Source of the DNA: a virus
Lineage: Duplodnaviria > Caudoviricetes
Strand: one strand, 5' to 3'
DNA: 62,669 bases
IMG/VR virus record: IMGVR_UViG_3300023184_000123
Span: 1-62,669 of that record
Part shown: positions 48,608-57,507 of the stretch, in pieces
How the letters are laid out: every line of letters starts with the position of its first letter
How positions within the stretch are numbered: position 1 is the stretch's first letter
Made by a program: the position numbers and the translations under genes
The notes under the pieces: generated by a model
What the model was told of the DNA's origin: nothing
Seen by the model: only the letters and a program-made list of their open reading frames with translations
Database searches by the model: none

Positions 48608-48695
48608 TGGTGGATCTTGATGGAATCGAACCACTTGCCGCCACCCCACTTGTTAATGGCTACCGGGTTACAGCCGGCAATGGGGGACAAGATCC
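48608..48695 (-). tRNA. Atypical D-armless tRNA-Tyr(GTA)-like RNA
   Basis: GGATCTTG/CAAGATCC-ACCA, GCCGG-CTGTAAC-CCGGT, no D arm, long variable arm. Confidence 0.7.
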
Positions 48696-48719
48696 ATAAC
48701 ACACTGTTTCCAATGTGTA

Positions 48720-48794
48720 TATTAAAGCATACTGATAACGCCACTATGTGTACTGCACTGTGAGCACAGCCGTCCCTTTCAGTATGCTTTAATA
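48720..48794 (-). ncRNA. Spacer hairpin RNA with 16-bp closing stem
   Basis: TATTAAAGCATACTGA/TCAGTATGCTTTAATA. Confidence 0.5.
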
Positions 48795-49082
48795 TGACAG
48801 ATTTTTCGCTCTAGAAGAAGAGTTTCATCCTTGCCACCGCCCGTTTGCTCCGTGTTTATAGTGCAGAGCCAGGACCTCGTTTCCTGTATGTTCACACTTT
48901 GCGGTCTACAACTGCTCTTGAGCAGTCTCGCGCTTTCTAACAGCTTGACTATACATCTTTGCACGTTCTGTCTTTTCCAAAATCATCTTGCGAAAATCTT
49001 GTGGAGTCAGTGTATGCTCACGTGTAAAATCAGCTTCTTGTTTCTTCTTATCTGTTTCTGTCATTTTTCGTTTTCACAAAAC

Positions 49083-49113
49083 AAAAAACCCCAGGAGTTT
49101 TAATTCCCAGGGT
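49083..49113 (-). terminator. Attenuator terminator upstream of the tRNA array
   Basis: CCCTGGGA-ATTAAAAC-TCCTGGGG-TTTTTT; 5' arm overlaps antiterminator strand GGACCCT. Confidence 0.85.
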
Positions 49114-49141
49114 CCTTGAAGTTTGCGATGTAAGTTTTAAG

Positions 49142-49288
49142 TTACACTACAGTCCTCCGGACCCTTGAAATCTCTGGTGTGCGATCATATGATAGACTTC
49201 CGCCATTAATCGATAACCAAAAACAGGCTATTACGCCTGCCAATTTGGGCATCGTATTAAACAGCTGATGTTTAAAATTTGATTGCAT
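49142..49288 (-). CDS. Leader peptide (48 aa, contains all 20 amino acids)
   Basis: MQSNFKHQLFNTMPKLAGVIACFWLSINGGSLSYDRTPEISRVRRTVV*, between promoter and terminator. Confidence 0.75.
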   Translation of the reverse strand: MQSNFKHQLFNTMPKLAGVIACFWLSINGGSLSYDRTPEISRVRRTVV

Positions 49289-49347
49289 TTAGTTTCTCGT
49301 TTATCCTTTTGTTGCCAACAAGCACCATTGCCTGCTAACTAGTCCTA

Positions 49348-49376
49348 ATTATAGTGCCTTTCAGCACACTTGTCAA
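49348..49376 (-). promoter_or_regulatory. sigma70 promoter of the leader/tRNA array
   Basis: Perfect TTGACA-17-TATAAT. Confidence 0.85.
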
Positions 49377-49396
49377 CAACTTTTGAAATCTTTCTT

Positions 49397-49414
49397 TGTT
49401 GTATTTTCACAACA
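49397..49414. promoter_or_regulatory. Palindromic operator-like site
   Basis: TGTTGTA-TTTT-CACAACA, same offset from -35 as the 35183 copy. Confidence 0.6.
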
Positions 49415-49520
49415 CTGTCCGATGCCTTGTTTGCTGACTTGTTTGCTGACTTGTTTCTATTGTATATCTATTTAGTCTCCTTGTCAAGACCCATATGATA
49501 ATGTGGCGTTTTTACAACAT

Positions 49521-50381
49521 TTATTTTAGTCCCAGTTCTTTACGAATTTTTGTGGCACTGATGTCTGTAACGGCGTCATCAAATGTTTCCTCGCCATGAG
49601 TATATCCCACGCCACGGCCCCAACCAATGTGAACAATGTTGGGAACAACTTGTATTTCGTATTGCCCTTGATATATGGGATCTAAATCACGCCGGATAAA
49701 ACTTTTGACCTTTGCCACTTCAAATGGGTTTGATCCTTGCCACCCTTGCACATCACGCACTTGAATAACCACTTGTCCAGTTTTAGCTATCAGTCTTTCA
49801 AACAACGCACGATGTCCGTCATGCCACGGTTGCCAACGTCCCAACATTTGTACTGTTTCTCGTTGCCAATCAAATACAGGACGTCTACGATCAGCTAATA
49901 TATGCTCACCAATAAACTCAGCCCATTTTTCGCAATTTTGTTCTGTAACACGGAAATCATATTGTTCAGGGGGAATAAATGCTTTGTTGGTATCTTCGTA
50001 ACGGCCTTGTTTGATAGTGTCTACCCAGACGGTCCAGTCTGCTTTGAAGTTGTTGCGCATTTCAACCAACGGTGCAACAAAGTCACAAATTACAAATTCA
50101 CCTGTACACTCCACAGCAAACTGAAACATACGTAAACTTTGACGAATACGTCCTGCGTTTGAAAAATCCCAATCGTTGTGCTTTTTACGAACATCATCCG
50201 CATTGAACCAATCAACTCCTACCCGCATAAAACCAGGACCTGGTATACCTTCATAGGTCAGCACACGCTGAGGATTAATTTTCATCAAATCCCCGTTGGT
50301 TTCGAGATATTTTTTAAGTGCTTGAGCAAGGTATGTTTTACCTGCACCCGGCAATCCCATGATTAAAATACGTTTTGTCAT
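49521..50381 (-). CDS. Adenylylsulfate kinase-like domain fused to a nucleotidyltransferase-like domain
   Basis: GLPGAGKT, NADDVR, DFVAP; C-terminal GRWQPWHDGH and ISATKIR. Confidence 0.85.
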   Translation of the reverse strand: MTKRILIMGLPGAGKTYLAQALKKYLETNGDLMKINPQRVLTYEGIPGPGFMRVGVDWFNADDVRKKHNDWDFSNAGRIRQSLRMFQFAVECTGEFVICDFVAPLVEMRNNFKADWTVWVDTIKQGRYEDTNKAFIPPEQYDFRVTEQNCEKWAEFIGEHILADRRRPVFDWQRETVQMLGRWQPWHDGHRALFERLIAKTGQVVIQVRDVQGWQGSNPFEVAKVKSFIRRDLDPIYQGQYEIQVVPNIVHIGWGRGVGYTHGEETFDDAVTDISATKIRKELGLK

Positions 50382-50390
50382 AATTTTCCT

Positions 50391-51065
50391 TTAAAATTTA
50401 TAATCAAATCTGTCAATGTCTTCTTTGAACACAGCTGCTACTATGTCTTTGGTTTGTTTGTTGTAAAACTTTTTATAACTGGGGAGTTTTTTAGGTAAAT
50501 CCAATGGAGTTTTTGTGCAAAAATAATCTTGTAATGTTTGAAAATCTTCTGCTATAGTATTATCTTTTAAGATATAATTCACAGTTTTTGATTCACCATC
50601 TTGCACATAATCAAACCATTTGCACATGGGTGTTGCCAGTGTAAACCAAAATTTATCAGTTGGTTGCATTGTGGGCAAACTATCAATAAACTCGTCAAAG
50701 CTATCCAATTGCAATAATTTCAAATACGAATCATTGCTTATTTCTTTCATCTTACAAAGCTGTGTGTACGCATAACGCATACGTGCCCACGGATTAACTA
50801 CTATACTGATTGTCTTTATTCCCGGGTATATATCATCTACCTGTTCCAACTTCCAAAATTCAGTTTCAATTTCTGTATCTCGTATGTATCTAAACTTTGA
50901 TGAGGAATTATTAGCAAACCAAAATTTAACACAGGTACCATAAAACACAAATGGTGGGAACATTGTGGTAAAAAAAGAATCGTCAGTTTTATAAGTCAAG
51001 TTCATGAAAGGCGTCCGTGGTACGTTGTGTGTAAAAATTGTACAATCTAACTTTGGCAAAGTCAA
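50391..51065 (-). CDS. Sulfotransferase family 2-like protein
   Basis: Degenerate HNVPRT, VVNPWAR, Y..FY......V...FKEDIDRFDY.F. Confidence 0.6.
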   Translation of the reverse strand: MTLPKLDCTIFTHNVPRTPFMNLTYKTDDSFFTTMFPPFVFYGTCVKFWFANNSSSKFRYIRDTEIETEFWKLEQVDDIYPGIKTISIVVNPWARMRYAYTQLCKMKEISNDSYLKLLQLDSFDEFIDSLPTMQPTDKFWFTLATPMCKWFDYVQDGESKTVNYILKDNTIAEDFQTLQDYFCTKTPLDLPKKLPSYKKFYNKQTKDIVAAVFKEDIDRFDYKF

Positions 51066-52173
51066 TGTTTTTGATAAATCTATGCTCGTGTTGTTTCCAT
51101 AATGCTTTGACTTTGGCGTTGTCCGTTAGTAATTCCATATTGGACACCACAGCTTGATGTATTCTGTCAATGGGATTTTCAACAGTGTCGTAACTGTGAT
51201 CTATGATATCGTCAAACATGTCCATGCCCATGCCGCGTAAAAACGCCACAACACCTGGACTGGAAATCAATACAGGAAAAGATTTTCCGTAGATGCTGTT
51301 CAGCGTTTTTTCTGTTAGATTGAAACAGCGTTCGGTGCAGGATGTTTCTGTAATAATTTCCACAAATGTTTCTCGATAGTAGTGTATCAAACTATTTTTA
51401 AAGTTATTGCCGTTGGCACTGTTGGGGTAATTGCCATTTGTTTCTCTATCTGCTGGCAATGCAATTTCTGTATTTTTTAAAAGGTTAAATCCGTTACATA
51501 GCACAGTTTTTATAGTTGCTTGTTCGGCAGTAAATTCCCATTGTACGTACTCTAATAAATCTGACATGTTGTCTTTGAACATGCAACTGATCAAGCCCGA
51601 GTTGTTTATATCCAATCCATACAATAAGGAAGCAAGCACGGCTCTATGGCTTCTCAATCCTCTATTGAGGCTAAGGTAAGTGTAAGGGCTATCGAAATTT
51701 TTAGTATCCAAGGGTTCTAGTTTTTCATATTCTGCCTTGTGGTTGGTAAGATCACCGCCCCATGGTATAATCTTAACACTGGGATTAGTTATGTAGTAAT
51801 CCAAATTTTCTAGACTTGTAAAAATAATAAAATGTTTGTCTGGGTAATAGTCAAACATATCATCCCAATATGCTACCAAATCAGGTTTTTCATCCTTCCA
51901 AGGATTAAAATCCGTAGAAGTCAAATGATCTTTGATCCCTAGAATTACTAATTCATTCTTTATGTTATTCATTAATACATTTCTGTATAATGCTTCGTCT
52001 TCGTAAAAGTAAATTTTTAAACTATCTATAAGACCTGATATCCTTACATGTTTTGGATCTACACAAGCTGACCACATGTAAAATGCATCTTTTGGTTGTT
52101 TAACAGTTCTCATAAGATTAGTGAATAATCTAAGAGTATACGTATCTCCAGATGGGCGTTTCAATACATGCAT
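50989..52173 (-). CDS. Hypothetical protein, paralog of 875..2014
   Basis: LNR..R.HR, TEKT, LRGMG.D.F.DIIDHSYD. Confidence 0.7.
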   Translation of the reverse strand: MHVLKRPSGDTYTLRLFTNLMRTVKQPKDAFYMWSACVDPKHVRISGLIDSLKIYFYEDEALYRNVLMNNIKNELVILGIKDHLTSTDFNPWKDEKPDLVAYWDDMFDYYPDKHFIIFTSLENLDYYITNPSVKIIPWGGDLTNHKAEYEKLEPLDTKNFDSPYTYLSLNRGLRSHRAVLASLLYGLDINNSGLISCMFKDNMSDLLEYVQWEFTAEQATIKTVLCNGFNLLKNTEIALPADRETNGNYPNSANGNNFKNSLIHYYRETFVEIITETSCTERCFNLTEKTLNSIYGKSFPVLISSPGVVAFLRGMGMDMFDDIIDHSYDTVENPIDRIHQAVVSNMELLTDNAKVKALWKQHEHRFIKNIDFAKVRLYNFYTQRTTDAFHELDL

Positions 52174-52922
52174 TATCTTTCAAAGCCCATGTCACTGTAA
52201 AATTTAAGGTCTTGAGATTTTAATGCATTTGATATTATTTGTCGATCTGCCTTTGAAATATTTTTAGAAAATAATTTAAACCAACTTTTGTCTTTTGAAG
52301 ATACTATATTGTGTATTGGTACTAATTTATCGTTTTCAAAAAATTGTTTAGTACCATAAGTGGTAATTGCGTATGCATCTATTTCGCCTGACATCAGTGC
52401 CAACATTCCTTGAGATCCACCTTTGTATGCCACATCCAAACACCTCAGTGTTTTTTCGCACACTGTTTGCTGTGCCTGATGGCTGTAAGTTCCAACGCCG
52501 CCGTGTCCAAAAACAATTTCTCTTGTGTTGGATAAATCTGCTAGTTCTCTAATACTTTTAATACCAGATTTTTTAGAAACAAATAGCGTGTTTGTAAAAT
52601 AACCTGCATTGTACACTTCATCCAACGTTGGATATACATCATGTTTGATTATTTCTGGAGTTGACATTATCAGTGTGGGTTTATCGCTGTGAAGTACATA
52701 ATTATAACTAATAACATGGGCAGCACCTGCTTTATTAAGCACAATAAATTTTAAAGCTGTGTCCTTTTCTAATTTTTCAACTAGCTTACGTGTAACTGTG
52801 TCATTAGGTCCGCCTGCGGCTGCTGTTACCACAAACTCAATCGCTGGTTGAGCACTGACATTAAAAGTCAATACTAAACTTGCTAGTAGGATTAACATTT
52901 TCATGGTAATATTTAGTTTCAT
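52173..52922 (-). CDS. Bug/TctC-like solute-binding protein
   Basis: Signal peptide, AAGGPND...R, NKAGA, GHGGVG..SH, YKGG...L.SGEID. Confidence 0.85.
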   Translation of the reverse strand: MKLNITMKMLILLASLVLTFNVSAQPAIEFVVTAAAGGPNDTVTRKLVEKLEKDTALKFIVLNKAGAAHVISYNYVLHSDKPTLIMSTPEIIKHDVYPTLDEVYNAGYFTNTLFVSKKSGIKSIRELADLSNTREIVFGHGGVGTYSHQAQQTVCEKTLRCLDVAYKGGSQGMLALMSGEIDAYAITTYGTKQFFENDKLVPIHNIVSSKDKSWFKLFSKNISKADRQIISNALKSQDLKFYSDMGFER

Positions 52923-52954
52923 AAACTACTCACTTAATATTATTCCAAATAAGA

Positions 52955-54178
52955 CTAGAGTATATACTTTCTAGATTTTATAATTTTATATCTAGTGGGC
53001 AATTTATCAATATCAGTTATGATGTTTTTATGAACAAAATCTACAGTTTGTGAGAACACGCTTTGCTGCAACAGATTCATTTTTTTATAAATCTGTATTC
53101 TTTTTACCATATAAGTTGGCTGAAAAAATCTACTGTCTATAAGTTTATGCGTATTTAAAACAACATCTTTGTATCTACCTATCTCTGTGGTATCAAAATT
53201 TTTAAAAAAGTAATCATTATGAGAGTGGCTTGTGACTGAAACATAAACCCCGGATGGCTTTTTTTCATAGAATAAGTTTTTTACATATGTAACATCTTCT
53301 GAATATATAATATCATTTATTAAATTCAAATATACTGGACTATGTAGGTCACGTTGTGCAATAATTTTTTTAATTTCTTCAGATCTTAAACATGCTTCTT
53401 TTATTAACTGACATTGCTTTACTATTAATAAAGGAACATCTGGAGTCCAATAAAAATATTCAAAAGAAAAATTATCGTCTGCTGAAGTCAGTTTATTTTG
53501 ATTTAATTTAGGCCGTTGGTTCATTTGTGCCACACTATCAGAAAAAGAACAATAAAAATTATTATTTTCAATAGAGAGGGGCGGCTTATCAATGCCAACT
53601 ATGAAAGCTATTTTTTTATTTTTTGTATACAAAGAGTTCCAAAATTTATCATGAGCGATGGTTGACGATATGTACATATAGCTTGGGGATAACCAATTGG
53701 ATGTATTAAGATCTATATCTAACTTATTTTCTAAGAAAGTTTTAGTAGAATCCATAATGTTGATGATACGAACTTTGGTTTTTGAATCTTTTAAATATTT
53801 TTTTAAATACGGTATTGCCGCTAACTTTGTCTCGTTCCAAAAATGTGGTTGATTTTTATCGTCTTCCGGGTTAAACATTACAATTTCATCTAATCGTATA
53901 TTGTTTTTGATAAATGTTTGTAGTATATTTGTACTGTCGGCTCCGCCGCTGTAAGACAGTGCTAAATGATCGTATTTTTCTCTTAACTGGATAGCCCGTT
54001 TTTTATACAAATCCGAGACAGTCTCAGTGACCGGAACCTTCCAATCTATTTGTGAAAAAACTTCATCATAAAAACTCCATTCAACTGTAGTAGTTTTATC
54101 GCAAGTACTTGCGTATATAAGAGCATCTACTTTACTATCAAATGCCAAGTTCTTGACATAATAAATACCATTTTGCAT
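52955..54178 (-). CDS. PP-loop (adenine nucleotide alpha hydrolase-like) protein
   Basis: YSGGADS, GIDKP, EYFYWTPD.P...KQ. Confidence 0.75.
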   Translation of the reverse strand: MQNGIYYVKNLAFDSKVDALIYASTCDKTTTVEWSFYDEVFSQIDWKVPVTETVSDLYKKRAIQLREKYDHLALSYSGGADSTNILQTFIKNNIRLDEIVMFNPEDDKNQPHFWNETKLAAIPYLKKYLKDSKTKVRIINIMDSTKTFLENKLDIDLNTSNWLSPSYMYISSTIAHDKFWNSLYTKNKKIAFIVGIDKPPLSIENNNFYCSFSDSVAQMNQRPKLNQNKLTSADDNFSFEYFYWTPDVPLLIVKQCQLIKEACLRSEEIKKIIAQRDLHSPVYLNLINDIIYSEDVTYVKNLFYEKKPSGVYVSVTSHSHNDYFFKNFDTTEIGRYKDVVLNTHKLIDSRFFQPTYMVKRIQIYKKMNLLQQSVFSQTVDFVHKNIITDIDKLPTRYKIIKSRKYIL

Positions 54179-54183
54179 GTGTT

Positions 54184-55086
54184 TTATTTTACTACCATTA
54201 AAGAGTTGTATTTTAATAAGTGATTTTGTATGTTTTCAATTTTCAATGTGTTGATAATTTTATAATTAACTTTATTAAACATTGCTTGTACTTCTGGAGT
54301 AGTTAGAACATTATTAATACGGTTGTTCATTTCGATTAAATCTTCCTGAGAGTAGTTTTTTAGAGATGACATACCTAGGAAATTTGCTACACCAATAGCC
54401 TCAGGGTATTCAGTATTTAAATTTGGGCCAACAGCATTAGCAGAAGATGTATCTACATTGATGTGGCCTAGCATTCTTAATTTTCCTGATTCTGCTAATC
54501 CAAGTAGTGGACTAATGCCTCCAACAAACAAATCTAGTTCGCCGGAATTTAGTGATGCGGCTGCATCACCAGGTTGTTTATATTGTACCCATGTAACAGG
54601 AGTATTTCCAATAATCTTACTAGCAATACTTTTAGATCCAAGTCCTTCAAATCCAACCATGATAGGTTTATTAGTTGTGCTAGAATTAAGTAGACTTTTT
54701 AATGTTTTGTGCGGATTGGTATTTCCTGTAATATAGTAAATACCAGTAAAACTCATAATGTTAATTAATTTTATTTCTTGATAAACATGGTGGAAAGTCT
54801 CTGGAACGTTAACTTTGTATAAAACTGCATCTGTAGCTCCGGTTCCACAAATCATTACAAAATCTTTTTCGTGTATGGCTTCCTGTAGTGCAATAAGGCC
54901 ACCGGCGCCAGCTTTTGGGATCACAACTGCTGATGCATTGTAAATTCTATTATATGCTTCTACGATGCTCAAACATACAGGTGTAACACCACTGTAAGAA
55001 ACATATACCTTTATCTTTGTTGGAATCTCTGCATTAGCAAATACACTAGCTAACATAAACATACAAGCTATCAATATTTTTTTCAC
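54184..55086 (-). CDS. Bug/TctC-like solute-binding protein
   Basis: Signal peptide, KAGAGG.IA, VQYK...L.SGELD, ESGKLRML. Confidence 0.75.
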   Translation of the reverse strand: MKKILIACMFMLASVFANAEIPTKIKVYVSYSGVTPVCLSIVEAYNRIYNASAVVIPKAGAGGLIALQEAIHEKDFVMICGTGATDAVLYKVNVPETFHHVYQEIKLINIMSFTGIYYITGNTNPHKTLKSLLNSSTTNKPIMVGFEGLGSKSIASKIIGNTPVTWVQYKQPGDAAASLNSGELDLFVGGISPLLGLAESGKLRMLGHINVDTSSANAVGPNLNTEYPEAIGVANFLGMSSLKNYSQEDLIEMNNRINNVLTTPEVQAMFNKVNYKIINTLKIENIQNHLLKYNSLMVVK

Positions 55087-55150
55087 TTTATCACCCTTAT
55101 TAAAATATGAAATATTTAGCGAGTAGTTTATTCTTGTTAAAATTTTCTAA

Positions 55151-56044
55151 TCAAAGAAGACTAATTAGTTGTTGTTTGTTGTACAATGAAGTATTGTGTG
55201 ATATATTGATGCTATTGATATATATATTTTGAAATTCTAATAATTCTTGAACAGCACACTGTTTTGGAATAATATTGTTGCCTTCAAATCCGTTTCGTTT
55301 GGGTCTTATTGCAATTTCTGGCCATAATTTTTTGTACAAAAAATGTTTTATTTGATCGTAGTCTACATCAACTTTTGAATTTACTAAATTTTGTATTCTT
55401 GGCAGTAGTGCATGTGATACTAAAACTTCCGGAGAATATTCGTACCAATCTGCAATCATAGTTCTGTTAATACTGGAACAATATATACTTTGTCCGTGCC
55501 AACTTTCTTCGAGATGAAACTGCCAGTTACCGTTGTTAAATTTCCACGAAGGAACGCCTTCGCCCATCAGCGGAATATTGTCTAAGTATTCTATCATTTT
55601 CATGTGTGGCAGTGTGCCGGCCCTCTGGAAATAGCCAATTTTCCAAATATCGTATGCATCCGTTTCAAAAAACTTTGCCAGATCAAAATCAATGACTGTG
55701 GGAGTAACATTTAATTCTTCACATATACGCAAAGCATGTCGAACATCGTGGCAATTGTAATCTTTTTCATATTTGAAAATAAAAACGTTAATGGGTATTT
55801 TTAATTCAACATGACAGCGTAATACAATTTCACTGTCAATACCACCGGAAAACAGCAAATCAAACGGCTCGTTAAAACTGTCTCGTATTACCCTAGTATT
55901 TTCTAACAACTCTTGTTTGTGAGATTTTAAAGGACGAAGGATTGTTTTGTTAATCTGGAATTCAAACTTGGACTGTGGTGTGGTCTTGCTTCCAAATTTG
56001 ACACCATCGTAAGTCCATGCAAGCCAGTTGTCCTTATAGAACAT
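55151..56044 (-). CDS. PP-loop protein
   Basis: FSGGIDSE, K..GFE. Confidence 0.7.
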   Translation of the reverse strand: MFYKDNWLAWTYDGVKFGSKTTPQSKFEFQINKTILRPLKSHKQELLENTRVIRDSFNEPFDLLFSGGIDSEIVLRCHVELKIPINVFIFKYEKDYNCHDVRHALRICEELNVTPTVIDFDLAKFFETDAYDIWKIGYFQRAGTLPHMKMIEYLDNIPLMGEGVPSWKFNNGNWQFHLEESWHGQSIYCSSINRTMIADWYEYSPEVLVSHALLPRIQNLVNSKVDVDYDQIKHFLYKKLWPEIAIRPKRNGFEGNNIIPKQCAVQELLEFQNIYINSINISHNTSLYNKQQLISLL

Positions 56045-56046
56045 CG

Positions 56047-56367
56047 TTAAGAAATTGTTTTGCTGGCTGTTATATTATTGGCGGTGTTGTGAGCAACTAT
56101 TTTAACCTGCTCTTCCACCGATCGTGCATCATTCCGAAATGTATCATAATCTGCTTGTGAGGTATATGACACAACATGTGTTCTAGACAGCATATCAGAC
56201 GCTGATGTCCAACCATAAACGGTACGGTGACGGATATCGTTGTATTTTTGTATATAATCAACGAAATCTTTTGAGGCTCTGAACCAGGCAACATCTAGCG
56301 TTGGTCTAGTTTCGGTATATGTTATGGTTACTGTTGACATAATGTTCTCCAATGCTGTATTTAGCAT
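56047..56367 (-). CDS. Hypothetical protein (start probably 56340)
   Basis: GGAG RBS before MSTVTI. Confidence 0.6.
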   Translation of the reverse strand: MLNTALENIMSTVTITYTETRPTLDVAWFRASKDFVDYIQKYNDIRHRTVYGWTSASDMLSRTHVVSYTSQADYDTFRNDARSVEEQVKIVAHNTANNITASKTIS

Positions 56368-56373
56368 AAATTT

Positions 56374-57507
56374 TTACAGCTTGTAGAGTCTAGACCTATG
56401 TCCTTTTAACCCTGTGCTAATATCTCCGTCAGTACAATTAGTAGAGTTTATATTTTTACGCAAATAATCAATAGCCTCTCGGTAGTTAAATTTTTGCAAT
56501 TCGCTAGCAATATCCCAAAACCACTGATCTTTCTTCCTAGGGCCGCCGCCAGTTAATATGCCTTTTGATACTTGAAAAGGAACTTCAGGAGAAGATGGAT
56601 AAATTATAGGATGAAGCACAGCCCTAAGTTCTCCTATATGCGTGTTAATATCACATACTAGTGTTCGTATTCTAAGATCCAACTCGCAATGTTGTTTAAC
56701 TTGTTGTGCTTGTTTCACAGCAATTTCCGGCATATCTGGAGTCCAATAAAAGAATTCAGTATAGTATGCTTTGTCAGATATTTCTCGTTTTGTTAAATCT
56801 ATTGGAGGAGCATGCAATGCTGTGACGTCTAAAAAATACGAATAGTAATCTTGCCCGTCGTACATGAGTAAAGGTTTATCAGTGCCAATAAGTTGGGCTA
56901 TACGTTTTCCTGTATCGCATAATTTTAAAATATGTTTATCTGTAAAGGCTGAGTGCTGTCTAGCTAAAGGATTCAGGGCCAGTGTAACACCAAATGGATG
57001 TTGTTCAAACCAGTCGTCGTGATTAAACAGTTCTATCAATCCTTGTGACGTATCTTGGTATCTAATAACAGTGTTAGGATGTATTGAATTTGTTAACTCA
57101 TTGAGAATAGGCACAGCAGAGTAGGGGATTTCGCTGTACACATTAGCATCGGAGGTGTCTTCAGTATTGAATGTGTGTTTGACTGGCTCTGGACTTTGCA
57201 TCACAATCTCATCTACAAAAATATCATTGTTAACAAATGCTCTTAACATGTTTGAACTATCAGCACCGCCGCTGAAATATAGTGCGAGATAATCATAATT
57301 ATTTCTAAGTTGTTGAGCTCTTTTTTTGTACAATTCATCCAAACTTTCAGGAACTGGGACGCTCCAGTCAATTGCACCGTATACCGTGTCATTGAATATC
57401 CACTCTAATGGCTGTTTAGTTTTAGTGTGTTCAATCAGGGCCAATGTTTTGTGATGAAATTTCTTCCATCCAACCTGATAGTAGCCTAGTCTATCTATAT
57501 TTGTCAT
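56374..57507 (-). CDS. PP-loop protein, paralog of 52955..54178
   Basis: FSGGADS, GTDKP, EFFYWTPD.P...KQ. Confidence 0.75.
   Translation of the reverse strand: MTNIDRLGYYQVGWKKFHHKTLALIEHTKTKQPLEWIFNDTVYGAIDWSVPVPESLDELYKKRAQQLRNNYDYLALYFSGGADSSNMLRAFVNNDIFVDEIVMQSPEPVKHTFNTEDTSDANVYSEIPYSAVPILNELTNSIHPNTVIRYQDTSQGLIELFNHDDWFEQHPFGVTLALNPLARQHSAFTDKHILKLCDTGKRIAQLIGTDKPLLMYDGQDYYSYFLDVTALHAPPIDLTKREISDKAYYTEFFYWTPDMPEIAVKQAQQVKQHCELDLRIRTLVCDINTHIGELRAVLHPIIYPSSPEVPFQVSKGILTGGGPRKKDQWFWDIASELQKFNYREAIDYLRKNINSTNCTDGDISTGLKGHRSRLYKL

Noticed and set aside
40758-48644. ORF-track entries overlapping tRNAs (e.g. 40758..41201, 43205..43771, 43402..43824, 45682..45978, 48010..48231)
   Set aside because: They are translations of tRNA genes or their antisense, with no RBS or protein motifs.
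49427-49456. Short tandem repeat TTGTTTGCTGAC x2
   Set aside because: Only about 2.5 copies with no evident structure; probably slippage.
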